In this document: positions 1 through 8,951 of the stretch, one piece after another
Numbering within the stretch: position 1 is the first letter of the stretch
Layout: each line of letters starts with the position of its first letter
DNA from: Acidimicrobiales bacterium
GTDB lineage: Bacteria; Actinomycetota; Acidimicrobiia; Acidimicrobiales; Acidimicrobilacustridaceae
Assembly (NCBI GenBank): GCA_044236415.1
Contig: JBIIGP010000001.1
Location: forward strand, 1 to 37,984
Direction of reading: 5' to 3'
DNA length: 37,984 nucleotides
Program-made: the position numbers and the translations under genes
The notes under the pieces: model-generated
Database searches by the model: none
What the model was told of the DNA's origin: nothing
What the model saw: only the letters and a program-made list of their open reading frames with translations

Positions 1-965
1 TGGGTATTCGCTATTCGAAACCACCAGTGCTGATGCACGATGTGATCCCCGATCTGGACGCGGTGACGCGACTGCTCGAATCACAGGCTCCCTATACGCC
101 TCTCGGCGGTTGGTACAGCCCGGGTGCGGACCCCACGAAGCGAACCCGTCCACTGTGGTTCCAGAACGACTGGGTCCATGACGACTTCGCTGCCGAGGGC
201 TCCGACCTCTTCTTGCAACACGCCGGGTACATCGAGGCGGCCAAGGAGTTCTACAACGCCGAGATCGTCGAACCGAAGAGCGTCTACGTGAATCTCATGG
301 TCGCCATCGAAGACGGAGGACCGGCCCATACCGACAATCCCAGCTTCCAAGGTCGGGACCGCACGAACACGCCAATGTGGTTGCTGCGTTCGATGCTGTG
401 GTCGGGTTTGTTTAATGACGCCGAGATCGTTCAGGCCACCGCTATTTGGTGGAGCAATGACGTTGAGGGTGGTGAACTTCGCTACTGGCCGAACGGAGCG
501 ACCCAGCCTGCTCAGGTTCACTCAGAGAACATGGCCAACACCGCACTCATCGGCGACAACCACGGCATGTTTCATCAGGTCGGGGCGATCGGCCCTCATA
601 ATGTGGGCAGCCTCAGAGTCACCCCTGGTGCAACGCTTGGTCCCGTGGGCGATGGATCAGATGACTGGGCGGTTGAGGACCTCGGCGATTGTGTGTTTCG
701 TGCTCCGCTCAGCACCTATCGCTTAAGTGTGTTGTGGAAGGCCGATGTCTATCCGACGGCCGAAGAGCGTGAGCGCCAGATCGCCAACGCGCTCTCTATG
801 GACGACGTTGCCGAACGCTTTAATCAGGATCTTGCGCAACGTGGTTCGTCGGTCCGGTTCGACCCGAACAATCTTGATGATCCTGCGCTGAGATCCACGA
901 TCGAGCACTTCCACCCCGAGGACGTTCCACTGGGAGCGTTGCGTTCGGTTTTCGCGACGTCCTGA
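1..965 (+). CDS. Hypothetical protein, probable 2OG-Fe(II) oxygenase superfamily; 5'-partial at window edge
   Basis: The frame is open to the window edge: (A)TG GGT ATT CGC..., so the start is probably 1 nt before position 1 rather than the GTG at 27. It has HxD (AHTDN), a distal His (GMFHQV) and RxS (YRLSV) in the order expected for the DSBH fold. Confidence 0.6.
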   Translation, partial: GIRYSKPPVLMHDVIPDLDAVTRLLESQAPYTPLGGWYSPGADPTKRTRPLWFQNDWVHDDFAAEGSDLFLQHAGYIEAAKEFYNAEIVEPKSVYVNLMVAIEDGGPAHTDNPSFQGRDRTNTPMWLLRSMLWSGLFNDAEIVQATAIWWSNDVEGGELRYWPNGATQPAQVHSENMANTALIGDNHGMFHQVGAIGPHNVGSLRVTPGATLGPVGDGSDDWAVEDLGDCVFRAPLSTYRLSVLWKADVYPTAEERERQIANALSMDDVAERFNQDLAQRGSSVRFDPNNLDDPALRSTIEHFHPEDVPLGALRSVFATS

Positions 966-971
966 CAACGA

Positions 972-2273
972 TCAGTCGGCTTCGGCGAGGATCTTCACGA
1001 CCTCATCGGCAGGACGACCGGTGCGTAAGAGCTCGGCCATGACCTTCATCGGCCTATCGATGTGGGTGAAGAAGTCGAAGTAGCCGGCACACAAATAGTT
1101 CAGTCCGTCTTCACCGTCGGCGGTTGTCGCGAATCGATTGCGGGGACATTCGCCATGACAGGCGAATCGAACCTCACATGTGACGCACTGGGAAGGCAGT
1201 GTCGTTGCTTTGGCTGTGCCAAAAGCCTGCTGCTGCGGAGAGGCCACCATTTCGGCCAGGTGGCGCTCTGAGATGTTGCCCAACAAGTACTCGGGCTCGA
1301 CGTAGTGATCGCAGGAATACACGTCTCCGTTGTGCTCAAGAGCGATTGCCGTTCCGCAGGTCTCGGAGAAGATGCACATTGATGACTGCATGCCAAGCCA
1401 TGCCGCAAGCGCAGCATCGAAGGACGGAACGAAAACTTCACCAACATCGTTTCGCACCCACTCGTCGAACACTGCCGTAAGGAAGTTTCCCCATTGCTCG
1501 GGGGTCACTGATCGCTCCGTGACAAGCGAGCCATCCTGCACATACAGCGGTCGTTCCGAGGCCCGCTCTCCCCAACCGGCATCCGCTTGAACGATGAGTT
1601 CGGGAGTGGCCCGTTCAACGATTGGGATCAACTGGATGAACCGAACACCAAGATCGTCGCGAAAGTGCTTGTACACCTCGAGCCCATGGTCTGCATTCGC
1701 CGCGTGAACTGAACAGAGGACATTGGTCGCCACGTTGTGTCGCTGCAGAAGTTCCCATGCGACCTTTACGCGGTCGTAGGTGGGCCTTCCCTGCTTATCG
1801 ACACGGTAGGCATCGTGCATCGCTGGCGGACCATCGAGAGAAAGCCCCACCAGCACGTTCTCTGCTGCAAGGAATTCACACCATTCGTCGTCGAGCAGGG
1901 TTCCGTTGGTTTGCAACGTGAACTCGAGGATTCTCTGGGGTCCGGCGATCTCTTTGGCCTTGGCTACAAGACGACGGTAGAAGTCGACGCCCATCAATGT
2001 GGGTTCGCCGCCTTGAAACGCGATCGTGATTTCGCGAGTGCGGTGCGCTGCAATGAGCTGGGTCAGATAGGTCGTGACGAGATCGTTGGACATCCGGAAT
2101 CGATCGCCGGGATACAACTGTTCTTTCGACAGAAAGAAGCAATAGGTGCAATCAAGATTGCAGATTGCTCCCGTTGGTTTGGCGAGCACGTGGAACGCAG
2201 GAGGAAACCCCTCGGGCCAGGTTGGCGGGAGTTCGGGTTGGCCTTTTCGGCCGATGGATACCGACTGACTCAC
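972..2273 (-). CDS. Anaerobic sulfatase maturase (radical SAM/SPASM, anSME)
   Basis: KPTGAICNLDCTYC (CxxxCxxC), QGGEPTL, QTNGTLL, and SPASM cysteines CIFSETCG, YSCDHY, CVTCEVRFACHGECP, LCAGY. Lies 10 nt downstream of a sulfatase. Confidence 0.95.
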   Translation of the reverse strand: MSQSVSIGRKGQPELPPTWPEGFPPAFHVLAKPTGAICNLDCTYCFFLSKEQLYPGDRFRMSNDLVTTYLTQLIAAHRTREITIAFQGGEPTLMGVDFYRRLVAKAKEIAGPQRILEFTLQTNGTLLDDEWCEFLAAENVLVGLSLDGPPAMHDAYRVDKQGRPTYDRVKVAWELLQRHNVATNVLCSVHAANADHGLEVYKHFRDDLGVRFIQLIPIVERATPELIVQADAGWGERASERPLYVQDGSLVTERSVTPEQWGNFLTAVFDEWVRNDVGEVFVPSFDAALAAWLGMQSSMCIFSETCGTAIALEHNGDVYSCDHYVEPEYLLGNISERHLAEMVASPQQQAFGTAKATTLPSQCVTCEVRFACHGECPRNRFATTADGEDGLNYLCAGYFDFFTHIDRPMKVMAELLRTGRPADEVVKILAEAD

Positions 2274-2283
2274 GATGACCAGA

Positions 2284-4575
2284 TCATTGCGAGGCGAAAA
2301 AAGCTTCGATTTCTAGGGCGAGGTCTCGGAACGGAGTACCCGACACGTCGACTACCACGGTGTCGAGTTGACCAGTGAAGTGGAATGGCGCGAAGTAGGT
2401 GTTGTCAACCGGCGTGCCGTCGTCGAAACCGATGCAGAAGTACTCGCCGAACAAGTGATACGAGTAGATCGTGGTTTGCGGAATATCCCCAGTGGCTACC
2501 ACTTCGCCATCGACAAGTAGGTCAACCGTGCCAGCAAACTGGCCCGTTGGCGTGAACGAATAGCCCAGCGTATGACGACCCTCAGGCAACGGTGGTGACG
2601 AAACTCGATGCCGCTGGCGACCCAAGAAGTTATGCACGTAATGCAGAGCATTGTCCTGCATATACAGCGCATAGCCACCGAAGCGGCCGCCGTGAGCAAC
2701 AAGCACACCTTCATCGTCAGCGGTGTAGTCAACATCGACAACCGTGAGCGAGGGACGATGGCGAACGTCAACCGCAGCCGGAGTCGCTACCGGTGCACCC
2801 GAGCGATAGATGTATCGCTCGCGAAGTGCATAGTGAGCGGGACGCTCCACCTGCACGGGACGACTCGAATGCAACGGCAGCGCGCCGTGTGCACCAGCTT
2901 CGGCCCACCAACGGTCAACCATTTCCCGCAACTTCTGTGGGTGAGTTTCCGCAAGGTCGTTGCTCTCGGAGAAGTCCTCGGCAACGTGATACAGCTCCCA
3001 CCGATCGTCATCGAACGCGATGTCAGGATCAATACCCGGGACATAGAGCTGACCACGCATCGGGTGATAGGCAACGGCTTTCCAGCCCTCGTGGTACAGG
3101 GCACGACATCCAAGCAATTCGTAGTACTGCGTCGTACGTGCTGTCGTGCTCTCGGGGATCGAGAACGTCTCGAAGAGACTCTTACCCTCAATGGGTTTCT
3201 GTGGAACTCCGTCGAGCACCGCCGGCATTTCGATGCCCAGCGCATCGAGCACCGTCGGCATGATGTCGATCACGTGCAAATACTGGGTGCGAACCTCGCC
3301 GATTCCGTTTGTGCCCGCAGGCCAATGAACAATCAACGGGTCGGCGACACCGCCTTCGTGGCACTCACGCTTCCAGCGTTGAAAAGGGGTGTTGCCCGCA
3401 TGGGCCCACCCATAGGGGTAGTGACCGTGAGACTCGGCAGATCCAAGAAGATCGACGTTCGGAAGTACTGCATCAAGCGTGAGCGGAACACCGTTGTACC
3501 AAGCCACCGAGTTGAACGCGCCGTGCTTATCGCCCTCAGGAGATGCACCGTTATCACTCATAACAACCACGATCGTGTTGTCGAGTTCACCGATTGTTTC
3601 CAGATGGTCGAACACCCGACCAACGTGGTGATCGGTGTGAGTCAGAAAGCCGGCGTAGACCTCCATCATCCGGGCATAGGCGCGCTTCTCTTCTTCGGGA
3701 AGCGTTGCCCACTCCTGAATCCATTCGGGGCGCGGTGTGAGCTCTGTGCCCGGAGGAAGGATGCCGAGATCGAGTTGGCGCTGATGAGTTGCGGCGCGCC
3801 ACTCGTCCCAGCCCATATCGAATTTGCCGGCATAGCGATCGATGTAGTCACGCGGCGCCTGATGAGGGGCATGACAAGCTCCGGGCGCGAAATAGAGGAA
3901 GAACGGTTTGTCAGTCGTGACGTTGCGCAGATCGTTGATGAACTCAATAGCGCGACCAGCGAGATCTTCGGTGAGGTGATACCCGTCCTCGGCCGCGTAC
4001 GGCTGCTCAACGAAGTGATTATCGGAAACAAGATCAGGTGCGTACTGATTCGCCTCGGCGCCCATGAAGCCGTAGTAACGCTCGAAACCACGACCGAGCG
4101 GCCAGCGTTTCCGTGAAGACGCAAGATCGGTTTCCTCACGAGGGGCGAGATGCCATTTACCGACAGCCATCGTTGCAAAACCATGATCACGAAGAACCTC
4201 GGAAATGAATCCGGTGTCCTTATTGATACGACCATCGAAACCAGGGAAACCTGTGGCGTTATCGGCGATACCACCCATACCAGTTGTGTGCTGGTTGCGG
4301 CCGGTCAGCAAGCATGCACGCGTCGGCGAGCACATGGCCGTCGTGTGGAAACTGCGGTAGCGCAAACCCTCGTCGGCGAGACGGTCGAAGTTCGGTGTTT
4401 CGATATCGGAACCGAAACAGCCGATCTGCGCGTAGCCAACATCGTCGAGAATGACGAAGACAACGTTCGGCGTTCCCTTCGGAGGAAGCACGACATCGGG
4501 GTACGCCTGCACCGAATCCTCAAGAGTTCGCCCAACCACTCCTGAGTATGGTTCGCCTTGGTTATAGGTCAGCAT
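2284..4575 (-). CDS. Arylsulfatase, Cys-type, 763 aa, no signal peptide (mycobacterial AtsA/AtsD-like architecture)
   Basis: ILDDVG, the CSPTRACLLTGR signature (CxPxR), GKWHL and SDNG. Start reassigned to ATG 4575 (MLTYNQGE), which follows GAGGA; the ORF-track extension overlaps the upstream gene. Confidence 0.93.
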   Translation of the reverse strand: MLTYNQGEPYSGVVGRTLEDSVQAYPDVVLPPKGTPNVVFVILDDVGYAQIGCFGSDIETPNFDRLADEGLRYRSFHTTAMCSPTRACLLTGRNQHTTGMGGIADNATGFPGFDGRINKDTGFISEVLRDHGFATMAVGKWHLAPREETDLASSRKRWPLGRGFERYYGFMGAEANQYAPDLVSDNHFVEQPYAAEDGYHLTEDLAGRAIEFINDLRNVTTDKPFFLYFAPGACHAPHQAPRDYIDRYAGKFDMGWDEWRAATHQRQLDLGILPPGTELTPRPEWIQEWATLPEEEKRAYARMMEVYAGFLTHTDHHVGRVFDHLETIGELDNTIVVVMSDNGASPEGDKHGAFNSVAWYNGVPLTLDAVLPNVDLLGSAESHGHYPYGWAHAGNTPFQRWKRECHEGGVADPLIVHWPAGTNGIGEVRTQYLHVIDIMPTVLDALGIEMPAVLDGVPQKPIEGKSLFETFSIPESTTARTTQYYELLGCRALYHEGWKAVAYHPMRGQLYVPGIDPDIAFDDDRWELYHVAEDFSESNDLAETHPQKLREMVDRWWAEAGAHGALPLHSSRPVQVERPAHYALRERYIYRSGAPVATPAAVDVRHRPSLTVVDVDYTADDEGVLVAHGGRFGGYALYMQDNALHYVHNFLGRQRHRVSSPPLPEGRHTLGYSFTPTGQFAGTVDLLVDGEVVATGDIPQTTIYSYHLFGEYFCIGFDDGTPVDNTYFAPFHFTGQLDTVVVDVSGTPFRDLALEIEAFFASQ

Positions 4576-4582
4576 TGGTTCC

Positions 4583-5740
4583 TCACATGAATGACGACTC
4601 GGCGCTGAGCCCGAGTTCAGGCCAAGCACCCACAACGATTGGCTGCATGTTTCCATAGCCAACACCGCCGCCGATGGGGTCGGTAATGCGCACAGTGGTG
4701 TCACGAATTTGATGAAGCTTTCGAGCGATCTCGGGATCGGTGCAATCAGCAATTCGCTCGCCTTCGAGGTTGAACTCGCCTCGCCATTCGCCATGGTGAT
4801 GACCGTTCCAACCGAAGTACAAACCGGCACCGAGATGGAAACCGGTATCGCCAAGTACTTCAACTTGGAACGTGCGAGCCGAACCGTCGCTCATGGTGGC
4901 GAGAATCTGCCCACCCTTCAACCGGCGGTTTGTGGTGTCGTAGGTGAAGTCCTGTTCCACATCGGCCATATGCGTGACCGAACCGTCGGTCTCTTCGATG
5001 ATGGCGGTGACATTTTTCTGCAAGAAACCCGGGAAGACCGTCTTGGCGACGTTGAAGAAGAGGCCGTAGTGACTGCCGTCAGGGCGTTCCATGAGGATTG
5101 GACTCCAGAAGAACTGAAACTGCCCGCCATCGAGGCCGCGCTGCGGTTCCATGTCGGTTGGCGGTTCGCCGACGTCGTAACGCACGCCCCATGAATGGTC
5201 GCGGGTCGACACCCATGTGTCGGGATTCATTTCGGTACGAACACCATCGACCTCGACCCAGCCACTGCACGTGCCGATCTGGTGATAACGAACAAGTTCC
5301 GATGCGATGCGGAACGTCGACCGGTTATGGGTGCGTTCTTCCACCATCGGCGGGATGATGCTCTCGAACAACCAGTCGAATGCGATCGGTTGCGTGTCGT
5401 TCGGTTCGAGAACAAAGCGGATCTTCTTCAGCGGTTCAACGATCTCGTAGCGGATCGGACCACCGCCAAGCAGCTCAGGGGCGTCGGAGAGTCGACGACT
5501 CATGCGCACTGTGAGTTGTTCACGACCTCGCGAAACGCCGCTGTACGCGTCCATGACATTGCGGTTCGTGTACTTCCCTAGACCGAAGCCCAACTGGAGG
5601 CTTCCGTCCTTCGCCATCGCCATGGCGCAGACTTTTTCTGTCCATGCCAAATCGCTTGTGCCGACGACGGCAACAGTGTCGATGATTTGGTGCTGGAACA
5701 GTTCATCGCCAGCGGTGAGCGGTCCGATCGGATTGGCCAT
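4583..5740 (-). CDS. Uncharacterised protein with RDHSWG motif (possible AttH/CrtC/tocopherol-cyclase-like beta-barrel), 385 aa
   Basis: ATG 5740 is preceded by GGGGGA. The gene sits within the operon, is beta-rich and carries STRDHSWGVR. The fold assignment is inference. Confidence 0.7.
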   Translation of the reverse strand: MANPIGPLTAGDELFQHQIIDTVAVVGTSDLAWTEKVCAMAMAKDGSLQLGFGLGKYTNRNVMDAYSGVSRGREQLTVRMSRRLSDAPELLGGGPIRYEIVEPLKKIRFVLEPNDTQPIAFDWLFESIIPPMVEERTHNRSTFRIASELVRYHQIGTCSGWVEVDGVRTEMNPDTWVSTRDHSWGVRYDVGEPPTDMEPQRGLDGGQFQFFWSPILMERPDGSHYGLFFNVAKTVFPGFLQKNVTAIIEETDGSVTHMADVEQDFTYDTTNRRLKGGQILATMSDGSARTFQVEVLGDTGFHLGAGLYFGWNGHHHGEWRGEFNLEGERIADCTDPEIARKLHQIRDTTVRITDPIGGGVGYGNMQPIVVGAWPELGLSAESSFM

Positions 5741-5785
5741 GATGTCCCCCATTGAGTTGTAAAGCGCCGAGTAGCTGCGAGTTCG

Positions 5786-6241
5786 TCAGACGAGCCAGCG
5801 AGAAATCGCGTCGATGACACAAGCTGGTCGGTCATTGCCGTCGATTTCGATTGTGATGCGCATGAGTGTCTGGAGGCCACCCTTTACTTCGGTGACCTCA
5901 ATGAGTTCTGCTCCAGCGCGCACGCTCTGTCCCACCTTGACCGGTGACGGGAATCGAACCTTGTCGACGCCGTAATTGATGCCGGCCGAGAAGCCTTGGA
6001 CTTCAACGATCTGCGGAAGGAAGTAGTTCGACAACGACATCGTGAGATAACCGTGCGCGATTGCCGCGCCAAACGGCCCATCCTTTGCGCGTTCGGGATC
6101 AACATGGATCCACTGATGGTCACCTGTGGCATCGGCGAACATGTTGACGCGGTCTTGTTCGATGGTGAGCCAATCGCTGTAGCCGAGGTGTGTGCCTTCA
6201 GCGGCGCGAACGGCATCAGGTCCGTCGATGATCGTGGTCAT
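5786..6241 (-). CDS. MaoC-family (R)-enoyl-CoA hydratase
   Basis: Hydratase-2 motif FADATGDHQWIHVDPERA, IAHGYLT and INYGVDKVRF. Confidence 0.92.
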   Translation of the reverse strand: MTTIIDGPDAVRAAEGTHLGYSDWLTIEQDRVNMFADATGDHQWIHVDPERAKDGPFGAAIAHGYLTMSLSNYFLPQIVEVQGFSAGINYGVDKVRFPSPVKVGQSVRAGAELIEVTEVKGGLQTLMRITIEIDGNDRPACVIDAISRWLV

Positions 6242-6262
6242 GGGATCCTCCAGGTGGCGAGT

Positions 6263-7339
6263 TCAGGAACCGGGACTACGGCCGGCAAGACGATCAAGCG
6301 TGGTTTCCGCTTCGGCGATGATGCGAGTCACAACTTCGGCAGCTGTGGGAAGGTCGTCAATCACGCCGACAACCTGACCGGTGGGAAGAATGCCAGCGTC
6401 GAGTTCCCCATCGACCAGCGTGGCCTTGGTGAGAATCGGCGTATTGCCGGCCATGATGACCTCGGCCCAGGGCATATCCATGCGCTTTTTCATATCGAGG
6501 CCTTCTTTGGCCATCTGATACCAAGAAAGACCAGTGAACTTGCGGAAGCGGGCAGCATTCGCGATTGCTTTGGGAACTGCAGTGACCGGAGACGCTCCGT
6601 CCATCTGGTCGACGAGCTTGGTGCGGATCACCCGATGAGGCGCGCCGTCAACCTTGGTCGTAACAACCGTGCCCGTGACTGGCGTTCCGAGGTACTGCTT
6701 CTTTACTTCCATCGGTACCGATGAATCGGAGGTAAGCAGGAATCGGGTGCCCATTGCGATGCCACTCGCGCCGTAAGCGAGGGCGGCGACAAGGCCACGG
6801 CCATCGAAGTAGCCGCCAGCAGCAACCACAGGAACGCGTCCGCCAACGACATCGACGACCTCGGGAAGTAGCAGCGAGGTCGGAACCGAACCGGTGTGAC
6901 CGCCACCTTCGCCACCCTGCACAAGGATCGCGTCGACGCCCCATTCCATGACTTTCTCGGCATGACGCTTGGCGCCGATCGAGGGCATCACCTTGATGCC
7001 GTGATCATGCAGGTAATCGATCAGATCTTTTTTCGGTGCTTGCGCAAACGATGCAACGGGAATTCCCTCGGCAACAAGAAGCTTGAGGCGATCCATGATG
7101 TCGTCGGCATCGGCGCGCATGTTCACACCAAACGGTGCGGTCGTGCGCTTCTTTGTTTCGGCAATGGCAACAACGAGTTCGTCGTAGGTCATCGTGGCCG
7201 AAGCAATGATGCCGAATGCACCTGCATTCGATGTCGCGGAAACGAGTTTCGGCCCGGCAACCCAACCCATGCCGGTTTGGACTATCGGGTACTTCGATCC
7301 GAGGAGATCAAGCAGCGGTGTCGTGAGCGCAGGATGCAT
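6263..7339 (-). CDS. ipdC: IpdC-like flavin oxidoreductase (nitronate monooxygenase / FabK family)
   Basis: PIVQTGMGWV, QGGEGGGHTG, AAGGYFDGRGLVAAL and MGTRFL. Follows ipdAB as in Rv3551-3553. Confidence 0.88.
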   Translation of the reverse strand: MHPALTTPLLDLLGSKYPIVQTGMGWVAGPKLVSATSNAGAFGIIASATMTYDELVVAIAETKKRTTAPFGVNMRADADDIMDRLKLLVAEGIPVASFAQAPKKDLIDYLHDHGIKVMPSIGAKRHAEKVMEWGVDAILVQGGEGGGHTGSVPTSLLLPEVVDVVGGRVPVVAAGGYFDGRGLVAALAYGASGIAMGTRFLLTSDSSVPMEVKKQYLGTPVTGTVVTTKVDGAPHRVIRTKLVDQMDGASPVTAVPKAIANAARFRKFTGLSWYQMAKEGLDMKKRMDMPWAEVIMAGNTPILTKATLVDGELDAGILPTGQVVGVIDDLPTAAEVVTRIIAEAETTLDRLAGRSPGS

Positions 7340-8097
7340 CAGGCCGCCGGAAGTTCGCGGTCGCGGAACGACTTGGGATCAAGAACTTCACGAAGCACGC
7401 GGAGTTCTTCGTCAGTTGGAAGTCGCGTCGTCGGGATGTCAGAAGGAATCACGAGTTCGAACGTACATGCGGCAGTGACGTCGTCGATTGAGACTCCCGG
7501 GTGCAACGATGCAACACGCATGCGGTGATCGGGAGTATTGAAGTCGTACACCGCAAGATTTGTGACAACACGACGAAGCTCGTGGTGCGCCTTCACCCAT
7601 TCACCGAGTTCAGCAGCACGGTCGTAACCAATGCCTGACACCGTGTCGACCTTTTCGACAAACACTCGATTGGTCTGATTGCCGATGAAGTACGAGGTGG
7701 TGTGATTGATCGTGTTGCCAGGAGCGCCACGAACACCGAGTAGCTGCGACTTCGGCTTGTTCCAGTCACCGATGTTGGCGATGTTCTGGTTGCCGTAAGA
7801 ATCGATCTGGCTTGCACCCATCACCACATGGCGACGACCGCCCCACAGGGTGTCGAACACCGAGCGGAATGGGATCCAGCCTTCAACCTGCTTGTCGGTG
7901 CCACCAACCGGAAGATCGTTGGCAACGAAGAAGGCTTCGCCGTCGCTCACGAGAAGGTCGGGTTCGAAGGTTGCACGGGCAAGACGCGCGCCGAGCATGG
8001 GGATTGTTCCCATACCGGAGGCGAAGATTTCGCCGTCGCCGCGGAACGTGTCGGCCACAGCAACGACACAGATTTCACCAAGGGTTGCATCGCTCAT
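7339..8097 (-). CDS. ipdB: IpdB, CoA-transferase-fold ring-cleaving hydrolase beta subunit
   Basis: FRGDGEI, LLVSDGEA, GWIPFRSVF, GRRHVVMG and LLGVRGAPGNTINH resemble Rv3552. ATGA overlap with ipdA. Confidence 0.92.
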   Translation of the reverse strand: MSDATLGEICVVAVADTFRGDGEIFASGMGTIPMLGARLARATFEPDLLVSDGEAFFVANDLPVGGTDKQVEGWIPFRSVFDTLWGGRRHVVMGASQIDSYGNQNIANIGDWNKPKSQLLGVRGAPGNTINHTTSYFIGNQTNRVFVEKVDTVSGIGYDRAAELGEWVKAHHELRRVVTNLAVYDFNTPDHRMRVASLHPGVSIDDVTAACTFELVIPSDIPTTRLPTDEELRVLREVLDPKSFRDRELPAA

Positions 8098-8951
8098 CGG
8101 GCTGCCACCGCCTTCTGGTAGTCGGCTTCAGAGCCGGAGAGATAGGTGTCAACGAAGGCCTTCCACGTTTCTGGGTCCTTCGCCGCATCGGCGTATTCCT
8201 TCTGGAACTTTTCGTCGCGCTCGTAATCGGGCTGACAGTTTGTGAAGTGCGCGCCGTTCGGAGCTTCGATCACGCCGTCGACCATTGAACGGTTGATCTT
8301 CATGGTGTGGATCGTGCCGTTCTTCAAGAGGTCTTCGGTAGGAACGATCTTTTCGACCGACATGAATCGACGGCCGACTGCAGCAGCGTTCAGGAACAGA
8401 TCATCGAAATAAAGATCTGGGCCGAGGAACTGTGCGTTGCCGCGTTCGTCGGCACGGTTGAGGTGCACAAATGCAGCGTCAAGGTTGAGCGCCGGCACTG
8501 CAAGAAGTTCTTCACCATCGGCATAGGGCGACTTCACCGTGCGAAGGCTCGGGTCGTTCTTGACGACATCGGAGCCGAGACCGGCGCGGGTCGGAAGGAA
8601 TGGAAGACGGAGCGATGCGGCGTAGAGGCCCCACTGCAACATGCCTTCGTCGTATTCGACGACCTCGGGAATGGTGCCGTTCTGACGAGCGGCACGGAAA
8701 TGCGGTTCAAGCGCAATCGAGTCGAGCGACACGAAGCCATAGACAAGGCGCTTCACCTTGCCGGCCGCGCACAGCAGACCAACATCGGGGCCGCCATAGG
8801 AAACGATCGTGAGATCTTTGAGGTCAGTGCGAAGCAGTGCTCGCACCAATGACATCGGCTTACGGCGTGAACCCCAGCCACCAATGCCGATGGTCATCCC
8901 ATCGGAAAGCGTTGCGACCGCTTCATCTTCGGTCATGCGCTTGTCAGCCAT
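8094..8951 (-). CDS. ipdA: IpdA, CoA-transferase-fold ring-cleaving hydrolase alpha subunit
   Basis: GMTIGIGGWGSRRKPM, YGGPDVGLL, GFVSLDS, EYDEGM and LPFLPTRAGLGS resemble Rv3551. Confidence 0.94.
   Translation of the reverse strand: MADKRMTEDEAVATLSDGMTIGIGGWGSRRKPMSLVRALLRTDLKDLTIVSYGGPDVGLLCAAGKVKRLVYGFVSLDSIALEPHFRAARQNGTIPEVVEYDEGMLQWGLYAASLRLPFLPTRAGLGSDVVKNDPSLRTVKSPYADGEELLAVPALNLDAAFVHLNRADERGNAQFLGPDLYFDDLFLNAAAVGRRFMSVEKIVPTEDLLKNGTIHTMKINRSMVDGVIEAPNGAHFTNCQPDYERDEKFQKEYADAAKDPETWKAFVDTYLSGSEADYQKAVAAR

Noticed and set aside
2608-4116. 502-aa plus-strand ORF
   Set aside because: It is the antisense shadow of the sulfatase, has no motifs, and is expected from high-GC codon bias.
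4576-4863. N-terminal extension of the sulfatase in the ORF track (possible signal peptide)
   Set aside because: It overlaps the upstream gene, and an RBS supports ATG 4575.
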